Of a DNA stretch of 63,811 bases, positions 27,012 through 38,049 are shown in pieces (within the stretch, counting starts at the first letter, position 1; the number at the start of each line of letters is the position of its first letter). Source of the DNA: Paraspadella gotoi (taxonomy: Eukaryota > Animalia > Chaetognatha); NCBI GenBank assembly GCA_051294375.1, contig CM119270.1, forward strand, positions 17,356,077 through 17,419,887, written 5' to 3'. A model generated the notes under the pieces. That model was not told where the DNA came from, did no database searches, and worked only from the letters and a program-made list of their open reading frames with translations. The translations under genes and the position numbers were made by a program.

Positions 27012-28746
27012 CGATTGGGCAAGCTCCACGGCGATGAGGACGGAGACTTCAAAGGCACAAATCTGGATTCAATGTCGGTCAAAGTGAAAGAGATGAAAGA
27101 TGAAATTAAGGTCAATGTAATGAACATGTTAAACCAACTGCTGGCCGACTTGACAAAAGTCAAAGAACAAATTTTGAAGGAAAAGCAACAATTGAGTCAA
27201 GAATTGATGAACCAAACGAACAAAATTGACATCAACGTCGACAAATTGTCCAAGAAAGTCACGATGAAGACAAACCAGATTGATACAAACCTGGGGAATC
27301 TCCACAAGTTGGTCCACAATGAAACCGAGGAAATTCAAAAAGAGATAATGAGTTTGAAGACGCTTGTAGTCCATGAGACCAACGAGTTGGATGAATCCTC
27401 CAGGAAGATCAATGAGACCTTCATCAAAAAGACAAACGACTTGGACCAGGACATCACAAAGACCAGACAAGAGCTATTGAACAAAACGGATGCCATCATT
27501 GAATCATTGTGGAAACTCAGCAAAAAAGTTGACAATGAAACCGTCAAGATCGACAAGGACTTGGTCAACATGGATGGAGTGGTTAAGATGGAAACAAACA
27601 AGGTCGACATGGTAATATCAAATCTGACCACAAAACTTGATGACGAGTTCAAAGAAGTTGACGATTCTCTTCACAGCATCAATGATACAATTGATGAAAG
27701 TTCAACAAAGATAGACAGAAAACTTAATATTGTTCATCAGGAAGTCATTAATAGGACAGATGATATAGACAGAGGTTTCAGGGCTCTAGAAAGCAAGCTG
27801 ATGAATGAAACAAATAAAATTGAAAAAAATTTGGGCAGTCTTCAAACGAACTTCAGTAAGGAGACCTTAAAAATAGACCTTGCTTTATCAAAACTGGACA
27901 ATAAAACTTATCTATACTACCATCAGTTTCAGGGAAAACTAGACACCTTGGATACTAGTATAGATTTGAAAAATGAAAACATTTCTGAAGTTATTTCAGC
28001 TGCTGAAGCAAAGATTTTACAAGAAACAAAGAATATACAGTCTAATATTACAACTGTGCTAGACAAAGTAGATTCCGAGGCAAGGATTCTGGCTGACAAT
28101 CTAGTAGATTTGAATAAAACAGTAGAAGAAACAAAAGAGATAGATGATGCTATTGAAAAATTGGATATGGGTATCAACCAGACTGGCGAGATAAATACTG
28201 GGTTTTTGGGCCTTAAGACTATCATATCGCAGCAAGTTTCTGAATTGGATTCATCGGTCTTGTTGCTGCAACAATCCTTGACAAATGAAACCAATGACAT
28301 TGACACCGCATTAGCTCAGATGAACAAGCAGCTGAGTAACTCTTCTATCAAGAGGGACCAAGGATTCTCAAAACTATTGGATCAAATAAAAAACGAGACG
28401 TACGAAATAGACAGGAATCTTGTCACCTTGACATCGAACTTGGAGCTCTCAACCAATGAATTTAATTCTTCAATCAACGAATTGGGAAACAAATTAGGCA
28501 GCGGAAGCGACGACTCTGATCTCCTGAAAAACTTAACGGATATCATGAAGGCGGGATTCTTTAAAAATCTGGAGAAGATTAACAACGAAACCAACGAGAT
28601 TGACAAAAAGATTTCTGGTGTCTCAAGTCTCGTCATGTCTCGTCATAATGAGAAATTGAAAGCGATTTCCGAGTTGTCAGGCAACGTCTCACTCAATCAA
28701 ATCTTCAAAAATTCCTTTGATCAGGAAATTATAAACATGCATCAAG
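27012..28746 (+). CDS. Gene A exon 2: long N-glycosylated coiled-coil stalk
   Basis: Acceptor ttctatttcag|CGA phase 0 matches exon 1; 1735-nt open frame; 18-aa periodic repeats; donor CAAG|GTAAGG phase 1. Confidence 0.92.
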
Positions 28747-29682
28747 GTAAGGGGGATGTGAGGCAAAAAAAAAACTGTCGTAAATTACTTTTATAAATAA
28801 GATGTGGCAAAAGTTTGAAACTGAGAGGGTAGGTATTCTATCTCACTTAAAATCCAGGACCTAAGGGTTGGGTAGCGAATGACTCACCTGCCGCGGACTT
28901 TAATCCATCAAACAAATTATTCTGTAATACATTTCTTTTTCTCATTTAGGGACCGGCACAAAAAATTTTTATTTTCTTTCTGGCTTCCAAGACTGGATTT
29001 AAACGTTTAGTCAGACCCCCACAAAAGTCAAGTGATCATTGATTGCCATATTGATTGGTAATTTTTAGATTACGAGGCAACCAATGAACGCCGACTATAT
29101 ATACATCAGTTTCTGCTCTTCTTTTCTGAGCCGCATTTTAGAACAAAAAAAAAATGCAAATATGTAAATTCTGGATAAAACAAGTTTGAGCAAACAATGC
29201 CGGATCTGCCCACGATCATTAGCGATAAGCAGCTGACCAGATAATTAAATAAATAATTAATTAATTAATATTAATTTTTTTCATTTGTGTCAAAATCGTT
29301 TTCTACTTTATCTCGCCTCTCAATCACAAAACAACAATCTCGATTACCTAATTAATTAATTAATTACAAATAATTAATAATTAATTAAATACTTATTTAT
29401 TAATAAATAATTTAATATAAAATAAAAAAGCATAATCAAATAGTGAAATAGTTAAATGAAATGGCCAAGACAGACATAGATAAGACATAAAATTAAAAAT
29501 TTTCCAAAAAAAGTAATAATAATTTAATAATAATGATAATAATAAAAGTAGTAATAATAAAAATAATAATAATAATAATATAAATTACTATGAAATTAAT
29601 ATTATTAAAATAAGAAGAGCTTGGTGAATTACTCAGTTCCCTTCTCAAAATAAAAAATAAAAAAATAAAAAAATAAAAAATA

Positions 29683-30092
29683 AAACAAGTTTGAGCAAAC
29701 AATGTCGGGTCTGCCTACGATAATTAAGCGGTAATCAGCTAATCAGATGATAAATCACAATATTTCTTTAAATTTTTTTTAACTTGCATTTTTTTAACTT
29801 GCATCATTTTTTTAACTTGCATAATTTTTTCAACTTGGATAATTTTTTAAAATTGCATCATTTTTTCACATTAATTAATTTATTAATTAATTAATTAATT
29901 AAAACATTTATTAGTAATCATAAATAATAAAGATTCAAGTAAATGTGACTTATGTTTTTTCCATCAAAGCTTCTTCACACACTTTCCTACCCGCACACAA
30001 AATTTCATCTCAATCTATTAATTAAATTATGATTAATTTGAGTAATTATGGATTAAAATAAGAAAAAAGATTCAAGTAAACGTGACTCATTT
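29683..30092 (-). mobile_element. Partial HINE-family copy (another partial starts at 29179), interrupted by a + strand copy
   Basis: aacaagtttgagcaaacaatgtcgggtctgcc terminus; internal short tandem repeats aacttgcatcattttttt. Confidence 0.6.
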
Positions 30093-30812
30093 TTTTAGTC
30101 GGATCTGCTTTCAGCAGATCCCGACTCTATAATTCACTTTGTCGGTCCGTTGGTCCGCCCCCTTGGGCACTCACTTATATCATGTCATAACATCGAATTA
30201 TGATAAATTATGCAAAAAAAAACGATGTCCGTCCGTCCGTCTGTCCGTCCGTCCCACCTTAGCAAAAAACACCAATTACTCGTGATTGAATGGATGGATT
30301 GGAATGAAATTTTGTGTGTGGGTTGGAAAGTGTCTGATTGAGTTGGATATGAAGTTTTGATGGAATCGTCCGAGTGAAAATGAGTTTAAATGAAAAAAAA
30401 AATTCACTATTTGAACACCAATTACTCATGAGTGGATGGGGCGATTGACTTGAAATTTTGCATTTGGGTAGAAAAGTGTGATTAAACTGGAAATCAAGTT
30501 TCGATGGAATCGTTAGAGTGGAAATGAGTTTAAATGGAAAAAACAAAAAACCTATTTCACTAATTGATTATACTTCTTTTTATTTTTATTTTAAATGTAA
30601 ATGCAAGATGTATTAATTAATTAAATAATTAATCAGTTAATTAATCAATTAATTAATAAATAATTACTTAATCAGTCAATTAATCAATCAAAACAAACAT
30701 TCCAGATCAAATTAATTAATTGCCTAATTAATTAAATAATTGACTTGAATAAAGTAATTATTAATTAATTAAATAATTAATTAACTTGAATTAATTATTA
30801 ATTAATTATAAA

Positions 30813-30863
<51 letters not shown>

Positions 30864-30902
30864 CATCGTGGGCAGATCCGACATTGTTTGCTCAAACTTG
30901 TT
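30093..30902 (+). mobile_element. HINE / DINE-1-like element, full length
   Basis: TTTTAGTCGGATCTGC-TTTCA-GCAGATCCCGACT start, (GTCC)n, and 3' GCAGATCCGAC-ATT-GTTTGCTCAAAC-TTGTT end. Confidence 0.82.
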
Positions 30903-31016
30903 TATTGTAAATTATCCATTCATTTAAAAAATAAGAGTTTGGACAGGCTTTGGTGGTTTAAGGCCTCGATCACTCTTACAAGATAATGACAGAGCAGGTC
31001 CCTGCAATCTTTATTC

Positions 31017-31156
31017 AAATCTGCTTATAAGCAGATCCCGACTCTATAATTCCAACGGTCCGCCCCCTCAATCTTGTTAAGCATTCAATTATAATTTATA
31101 TCATCTCAGAACATCGAATTATGATAAATTATGCAAAAAATGCTGCCCAGCCATCC

Positions 31157-31191
<35 letters not shown>

Positions 31192-31712
31192 CCACCTTAG
31201 CAAAAACACCTATGACTCGTGATTGGATGGATAGATTGGAATGAAATTTTGTTTGTTGGTAGGGAAGTGTGTGATAAAGCTGGAAATCAAGATTCGATGG
31301 ATTCGAAATAAGTTTAAATGGAAAAAACAAGAAACCTGTTTCACTAATTGATTATGCTTCTTTTTATTTTTATATTAAATGTAAATGCAAGGTGTATTAA
31401 TTAATCAAATAATTAATCAGTTAATTAATCAATTAGTCAAATAATTAATCAATAATTAATTAATTAGTCAATCAATCAAGTCAATCGTTATTGGTACTAT
31501 TCTCATCATCGTGATTGCTTTTGTTGTGGTTAGTGACAAAAAGACCTAAAAACAAATATTTCGAATCAAATTAATTAATTAATTGCCTAATTAATTAATT
31601 AATTAATTAATTGCCTAATTAGTTATTTAATTAATTGAATTATTGAATTAATAATTAATTAATTACGATAATGATCATGGGCAGATCCGACATTGTTTTC
31701 TCAAACTTGTTT
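31017..31712 (+). mobile_element. HINE / DINE-1-like element
   Basis: Same termini, with a (GTCT)n tract at about 31157-31190. Confidence 0.75.
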
Positions 31713-32171
31713 AATCAAGATTCTCTCATAATCTTGATTATTCGCCCTCAGAGTATCTGGCTTATCTCTCAATGAAGTAGTATAATGTTTCTAAGAATGT
31801 TTGGATTGTATGAAAAGACCACTCCCTTAAGTATTAGATTGGAGAACACTATATTATATGATGAGCATTAAAATACAAGGAGCTGAATTTTATAAAATTG
31901 GTACAACCAATATATAAATTATCCACTCATTTAATAAATAAGCTATCTTGCCCCTGACTTTGGACAGGCTTTGGTGGTTTAAGGCCTCCATCACTCTTAT
32001 AAGATAATGACATAGCAGGTCAAGACAAGACAGTCTTGTTCATACACTTCCAGAGTACCTGACTTCTCTATCAATGAAGTGATAAAATATTACTTTTATC
32101 ACTTTTATGATTTTTAATTTTTAAATATGATTTTATTTTTGTATATACAAATTTTGTCAATGCATGCAAGT

Positions 32172-33721
32172 TAGAGCTCCTAGAAATACCATGCATTTTT
32201 GAAAGTTCCTGATACCTGCAAAGTTTCTTGTGCCAAATTGCGTGGAGAAAACGAATATCACAATAAAAAATTTCCCTGAATGCTCTTTATGGATTTTCCA
32301 CACCAGTTTTTGCGTTGAACCACTTCCGGTTTTAAAAAATCATGATTTTGGGAAAAAAATGAGCTGTTATTCAGCTGGCATACTTTAATTAATCAAAATA
32401 AAGTTACTACTAACCTTATTACTAAATTTTTTATTGTGGTTTATAAATAAGGTTAAAAAATTATGATTACGAAAGACTTCAAATTAAAAATTAACATTAA
32501 GGTACTCAACCTTGATGGCACAGATATAGCTAACAGCAAAATTATCATTTGGCCAGGTTGCTATGATTAAGTATTGCGATTTTGCAATTTGGACAGGCTC
32601 AGAAAAGGACAGTAAGCTTGGGTTAGGTGAGGAAAGGTACTTGGGAAGGAAATTAAGGATTAAAACTAACCTCACAGCCTTTGCCAATTCCTGTCCATCC
32701 CTTTCCCTCAACCTCAATCCTAACCCAGCCTCATAGCCATTGCCAAGGCTAAACCTTAATCCCTAACATCCCTGACCAGTACCTTTCCCTTATTCAGGCC
32801 TCATGTCTAAATTAAAAATTAACATTAAGGTACTCAACCTTGATGGCACAGATATAGCTAACAGCAAAATTATCATTTGGCCAGGTTGCTATGATTAAGT
32901 ATTGCGATTTTGCAATTTGGACAGGCTCAGAAAAGGACAGGAAGCTTGGGTTAGGGTTAGGGAAGGTACTGAGGAAGGAAATTAAGGATTAAAGTTTGGC
33001 CTTATTGATGGCCGGGAGGATTAGTGGTAAGGGAGAGGCTTGAATGACAGATATTAGGGTTAGAGTTGAGGCTCAGAGGTGTTAGGGTTAGGGTTAGGGT
33101 TAGGTTAGATATCCCAAGCAAAGGAAACTGATTAAGAATAAGGTTTTGCTTAGGGTCCAGTTTAGGGTTAGGGTTGATTGAGAGGCTTGCTCCCTGCAAA
33201 GGCCAAGTCGCCTTCCATCTAATTCGCCTACTTTCTTTTTGCATCACTCTGTAAACTTTTTAAAGTCCAATATCTTTGTTTAAAGATTATAGATTTAAAA
33301 TCCCTTAGACAGTTCTATTTGTTTAACCAGATGGTAAAATTTTATTAAAATTTAGTGTGAGTGTTTGGTCAGGGCCAATTTGTCTTAAAAAAGTATGAAT
33401 TTTTAACTTAAAGCCTTTTGTAATAATATTTTTATAACAATTATTTTATAAACCAAAATAAAAAAATGTAATATTAAGGTTATTGGTAACTTCTATTTTG
33501 ATAATTTAAGTATGCTGGCTGAATAACAGCTTATTTTTTTCTTAAAAATCCTGAATTTTTAAAACCGGAAGTTGGTTCGACGCAAAAACTGGCGTGGAAA
33601 ATCCATAATGAGCATCCAGGGAAATTTTTTATTGTGATGTTCGTTTTCTCCACTAAATTTGGCACAAGAAACTTTGCAGGTTTCAGGAACTTTCATAAAT
33701 GTATGATATTTCTGGGACCTA
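32172..33721. mobile_element. Long-TIR foldback non-autonomous DNA transposon, hAT-like, with a TTAGGG-rich interior
   Basis: About 310-bp inverted arms (32172-32480 vs 33412-33721); ends TAGAG...CCTA; candidate 8-bp TSD ATGCAAGT / AAGCAAGT (1 mismatch); internal direct duplication 32481-32663 vs 32809-32993. Confidence 0.78.
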
Positions 33722-33727
33722 AAGCAA

Positions 33728-33744
33728 GTCTCTTTGGCGCAATC

Positions 33745-33775
<31 letters not shown>

Positions 33776-33800
33776 TGGTGGTTCGAGCCCACCCAGGACG
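33728..33800 (+). tRNA. tRNA-Asn(GTT), degenerate or miscalled
   Basis: GTCTCTTTGGCGCAATCGTTAGCGCGTTCGGCTGTTAACCGAAAGGTTTGGTGGTTCGAGCCCACCCAGGACG closely resembles the conserved metazoan tRNA-Asn, with three 1-nt indels and one substitution. Confidence 0.85.
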
Positions 33801-33895
33801 GCATATTCTTTACTAAAACCCCCCCCCCCTTTAACAATTTATTGCCGATTGGTTCTGTGAGAAAAATATCCATAAGACGAGTATTTCGTTTTAAG

Positions 33896-33969
33896 GACGA
33901 GGTGGTTAAGTCGTTGGACTGCTAATCCAATGTGCTCTGCACGCGTGGGTTCAAATCCCATCCTTGTCG
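33896..33969 (+). pseudogene. tRNA-Ser(GCT) pseudogene with a D-arm deletion
   Basis: GACGAGGTGG-TTAAGTCGTTGGACTGCTAATCCAATGTGCTCTGCACGCGTGGGTTCAAATCCCATCCTTGTCG lacks the CCGAGTGG A-box segment, has B-box TTCAAAT, and is followed by an oligo-T run. Confidence 0.85.
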
Positions 33970-34102
33970 GTGGAGTTTTTTATACTTTTATGTCAATTCT
34001 AAATATTATCTGTTAACTATTAAAAGATTAAAATTATTACAAATACAAATTCGATAATGTTAACAATCAGTTAAACTAAAACGTTATTGTGTTTTTTCCT
34101 TT

Positions 34103-34697
34103 CTGTTTAGAGAGGCAATCTACATCAAAGCCCTCGAGACCTCTTTGAACCGTGATGGAGGACGATTCGATCTCCCTCCAAGCTATGATTCGCTTATCAA
34201 AAGCGTAGTGGAGGCCCCGTCTCCACCACGTCCGCACAATGATTCCCCCATCTCCACTCAACGAGATAGGCGGAGACCCTTGCGCAGGCAATGGGCAGAC
34301 TATACCTCTCCTTCAACTGCAGCAACTCATTCCCTTCCTCTGTGGACTGAGCGCCGCCCAAAGCGACGGCTGCAGGAGGAAGGGGGGGAGGCCACCACTC
34401 CTGTCGCGAAAGTGGCAAGAATGGACAGCCGCCCACCTCGCCAGCAGGCAAGAAGAGGGCAGTCGGCAGGCGTACCAGGCCAGAGAGACATCCGAGTAGC
34501 CTTTGGAATTTACTTGAAATTTCCCTTTTCCTAATTACTTAGCTATCCCTCACTAACAATAAATATTTCACATTTCTGAACTTCTATTTCATTTCACTAA
34601 TTTATTACTGTAGCTAATTGTTGATATTATTCATAATTAAAGTTTACCCAAATTTTAACATTGTTGTACATTTCATAATGTATTATATTTTCAAGCA

Positions 34698-34755
<58 letters not shown>

Positions 34756-35010
34756 CAATTTCTTTTCACAAACTATCTCTGTCCTCACCTTCACCTGTCC
34801 CTAATAAAAAAACTGAACACTATCCTTTCTCTCAAACTCTGTGTTGGAAACTTTGCTCTGTCTCTCTCTCTCTCTCTCTTTCTTTATGCACAAAATTCTT
34901 TTCAAATTCACAAATTGAATTGGCGCTGAAGAAGACTCGTGAGTCGAAACATGTCCGTTTCACTATGAAATAAAAATCGTTGTTAAATCTCTCTTCAAAC
35001 TTTGTTCTAA
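34103..35010 (+). mobile_element. 5'-truncated Penelope-like retroelement (GIY-YIG endonuclease C-terminus plus pseudo-LTR)
   Basis: The frame from 34103 reads LFREAIYIKALETSLNRDGGRFDLPPSYDSLI, the EAIYI...LNRDGG...LP motif of Penelope GIY-YIG domains; stop at 34534; 3' region carries a hammerhead and AATAAA. Confidence 0.88.
34922..34959 (+). ncRNA. Minimal type I hammerhead ribozyme (Penelope-associated)
   Basis: GGCG-CTGAAGA-A-GACTC(gt)GAGTC-GAAA-CATG-TC-CGTT; GUC cleavage triplet at 34953-34955; palindromic stem III. Confidence 0.8.
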
Positions 35011-35069
35011 CTCTCCTTATTTTTTCTTGCCATTCTAAATATCTTACTCGTCAATGGCCTGAAAAATGT

Positions 35070-35141
35070 GGCGTAGTGGCCAAGTGGTAAGGCGTCTGTC
35101 TCGTAAACCGAAGATCACGGGTTCGAATCCCCTCTGTGCCT
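35070..35141 (+). tRNA. tRNA-Thr(CGT), possibly degenerate
   Basis: 72-nt GGCGTAGTGGCCAAGTGGTAAGGCGTCTGTCTCGTAAACCGAAGATCACGGGTTCGAATCCCCTCTGTGCCT with intact A/B boxes and a downstream T-run; one mismatch each in the anticodon stem and T stem. Confidence 0.88.
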
Positions 35142-36022
35142 AATTGTTTTATTATATTAAAAATGTTTTTTTAGCGTTTCAAAGAAATTAAAAAAACAGA
35201 ACTCGAAGAATTTTTAGTCTCGGTTGCCTCAGATCAGTCCCTCCTCTCAAACTCATTCGACAGTCTATGGACATGTCTGTAAGCTCTTATAAAAAATCAT
35301 TTCAAATTAATTTTTTTTTATTATTATAGACATACTAAGCCTCAAATAGAGACTGCGGCTTTGTTTATTAACGTAGGAAAAGAGCTTATATGGCTAAAAA
35401 AAGTTTTTTGCCACTCGTTAGCTAAAAATTATTTGTGTTTGGAATATATCGATTGGAATGAAATTTTGTGAGTTGGTATGAAAGTGTGAGATTGAGCTGC
35501 ATTAAAAAGTTTTGCTGAAATCGTGAATAATGGAAAGAATCAAAGTAATATTTACTTGAATTTAAAAAAAATTAAAATCAGTAAATCCTTGGTTCCTAAA
35601 GGTAAAATATAAACATTAATTAATTAATTAATCAATTATTATTAGGAAAAATTTCTTGAACTCTTTATTACAATAGTTTGACATGACATCAATCTATCAA
35701 TTAATCAATCAAATAAATGACCATCCAATTTTTTAATCCATGTCTTTAATAAACATGGAAATCATTTTAAGTTATTCCAGATACTACAATATGAATTGAG
35801 AATAAATAATTGCATTTTTTGAATAATAATATCATCTTTCAAAGTAGCTTTATACCAATCATTATCATTCAGTTATACTTTTTATTACTATCATAGTAAT
35901 AAATACTAATAATAAATAACTTCATCATTAAGTATCAATCAAATTTTGTTGAATTGAAAATAAAAATGAAAAATAAAAATCGAAAATTATGAGTTGAAAA
36001 TCATAAATTAAAAATAATATTA

Positions 36023-36268
36023 AACAAGTTTGAGCAAACAATGTCGGATCTGCCTACGATAATTAATTAATTAATTAATTAATCGATTAATTAATTAATT
36101 AATTTTAATATGTAATAATTAATTTTAGATTTATATTCAACTTATCATCATCGATGTCCTTAAAATTGGGTTAGGACAGTTATTAAATATGTTTTGTTTA
36201 CATTTTATCAAACAAACAAATATCCTCTATTTTATTTATGTCTCCTTCTCTCTCTCTCTCACTTCTCT

Positions 36269-36307
<39 letters not shown>

Positions 36308-36480
36308 ATGCAATTGCCGACGATCTTTATGTTTTTAAGAATTTTTAACTTGCATCATTTTTTCACATTATTAATTAATTAATTAAAACATTTATTAGTA
36401 ATCATTAATATTAAGATTCAAGTAAATGTGACTTATGTTTTTTTCCATCTAAACTCATTTCCACTTGCACAACTCCGTCA
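36023..36480 (-). mobile_element. Partial HINE-family copy
   Basis: aacaagtttgagcaaacaatgtcggatctgcc terminus and shared internal blocks. Confidence 0.6.
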
Positions 36481-36956
36481 AAACTTTAATAAATTATATA
36501 TTAATAAATATTTAAAAGCTTCAGTGCAACAACCCAATGAACTAAATCAAAAAGTTACATGAAAATCGATTTAGTAGTAAAGAAAAAAAAATTTTAAGAG
36601 AACTAGAAGTTATAAAAAGTGTTCAATTTTGGCCCGCGCTTACACAGATATTAGGCCGGAACAGGTTGAAAACTAGAAGTTCTCTCAAATAAATAATGGT
36701 GAAGCGACTATTAAATAATATGAAAATGAAAATAATTTTAAAATTCTGCTTATTAATTTTTTTTATAGATTCTGGTAGAGCTTTAAAATTTTAAAATTTT
36801 AAAATTTTAAAATTTTAAAATTTTTAAAATTTAAATTTTAAAATTTTTGTTTTATAAATGAAAAATTTAAAAAAATAAAATTCAGCCAATAATGATGATG
36901 AATGATGATTTTTAAGGTTTTTTCTATTTTTAACCAATTTGAAAAAATTATAGTAC

Positions 36957-37688
36957 TGTGGCAGAAAGACTTAAAGCTGCCTCACTGCTGTCCGTCCTCA
37001 GCCTCGTCTCAATGGCTGAGCAGGCTAAATCATCTCATTCACTCCGTGCGTCCCGGGTTCGATCCCCCGGGTTATCCCGGTTCTGGCTTAAATGTGACAG
37101 TGCGGTATAACATGCCAGTGACAGGAGGCGGTCACTGAGGGTCCGCAAGCCCCTACGCCAGTTGGTGAGATACCCCGCGCCCCGGGTATCACAGCATTCC
37201 TCCCGTTGCCATAAGTGGTGAGCCCTACTATCGAACACGCAACCGCTGCGCACGTGCGCCCACGCTATGTCGTTTAGGTATGCATATTCACGCCTATGCC
37301 CTCAACTTCTCTGGATAACGCTCAGACTCCACCGCCCGCGTCGCCGCTCGCTCTCACTATGGCAATGAGATCAAACTTCTCTCAGACATCTCTCAGGATT
37401 GAGGCCCCTGTGGAGAAGTCTGGTGGGGGATCCTGTGGCAGCAAGACTTAAAGCTGCCTCACTGCTGTCCGTCCTCAGCCTCGTCTCAATGCTGAGCAGG
37501 CTAAATCATCTCATTCCATCCGTGCCGTCCGGGTTCGATCGCCCGGTATCCCGGTTCTGCGCTTAAAATGTGACAGTGCCTGATAAACATGCCAGTGACA
37601 GGAGGCGGTCACTGAGGGTCCGCAGCCCTACGCCAGTTGGTGAGATACCCCGCCCCCGGGTATCACAGGCTATCCTCCCGTTGCCATA
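36957..37688 (+). mobile_element. TRIM (non-autonomous mini LTR retrotransposon) with tRNA-like A/B boxes in its LTRs
   Basis: LTRs 36957-37213 and 37434-37688 (TGTGGCA...TGCCATA); PBS-like TGGTGAGCCC at 37216; purine tract GGAGAAGTCTGGTGGGGGA before LTR2; TSD GTAC at 36953-36956 and 37689-37692; 220-bp non-coding interior. Confidence 0.88.
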
Positions 37689-38049
37689 GTACTAACTTTT
37701 ATTTAATTTTTTAAGCTTTACAAGAACCCGTTCTTAAAAAATCCCATTTTTAAAATTTTTTTTTGTAATTTGTTATATATTAATAAATATTTAAAAGCTT
37801 CAGTGCAACAACCCAATGAACTAATTCAAAAAGTTACATTGAAAATCGATTTAGTAGTAGAAGGAAAAAAGAAATTTTTTTGAGAGAACTAGAAGTTATA
37901 AAAAGTGTTCAATTTTGGCCCGCCTTACTAGATATATTGCATGTGATTAAATAATGTTATCGGAATAATAATTTTATTAAAACGCTCGGTTATTTATTAA
38001 AAAATCTCTAAATATTTTACTTTAAAAACGCTGTAAGCGTTTCAAAAAA

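Noticed and set aside
27129-28636. Minus-strand ORFs overlapping exon 2
   Set aside because: Antisense shadows of a real coding exon with no independent signals.
27015-28796. 593-aa stand-alone ORF from the track
   Set aside because: It starts at TTG just after a splice acceptor and runs through a strong donor at 28747; it is an internal exon.
30908-32080. Duplicated about 100-bp blocks (30908-31000 vs 31916-32021) as extra exons of gene A
   Set aside because: All + frames contain stops and there are no good acceptors; it looks like a local tandem duplication split by a HINE.
33728-35141. tRNAs for Asn, Ser and Thr lying inside a gene rich in N-x-S/T sequons
   Set aside because: An appealing coincidence, but the tRNA copies are degenerate and no mechanism links local tRNA genes to host codon supply.
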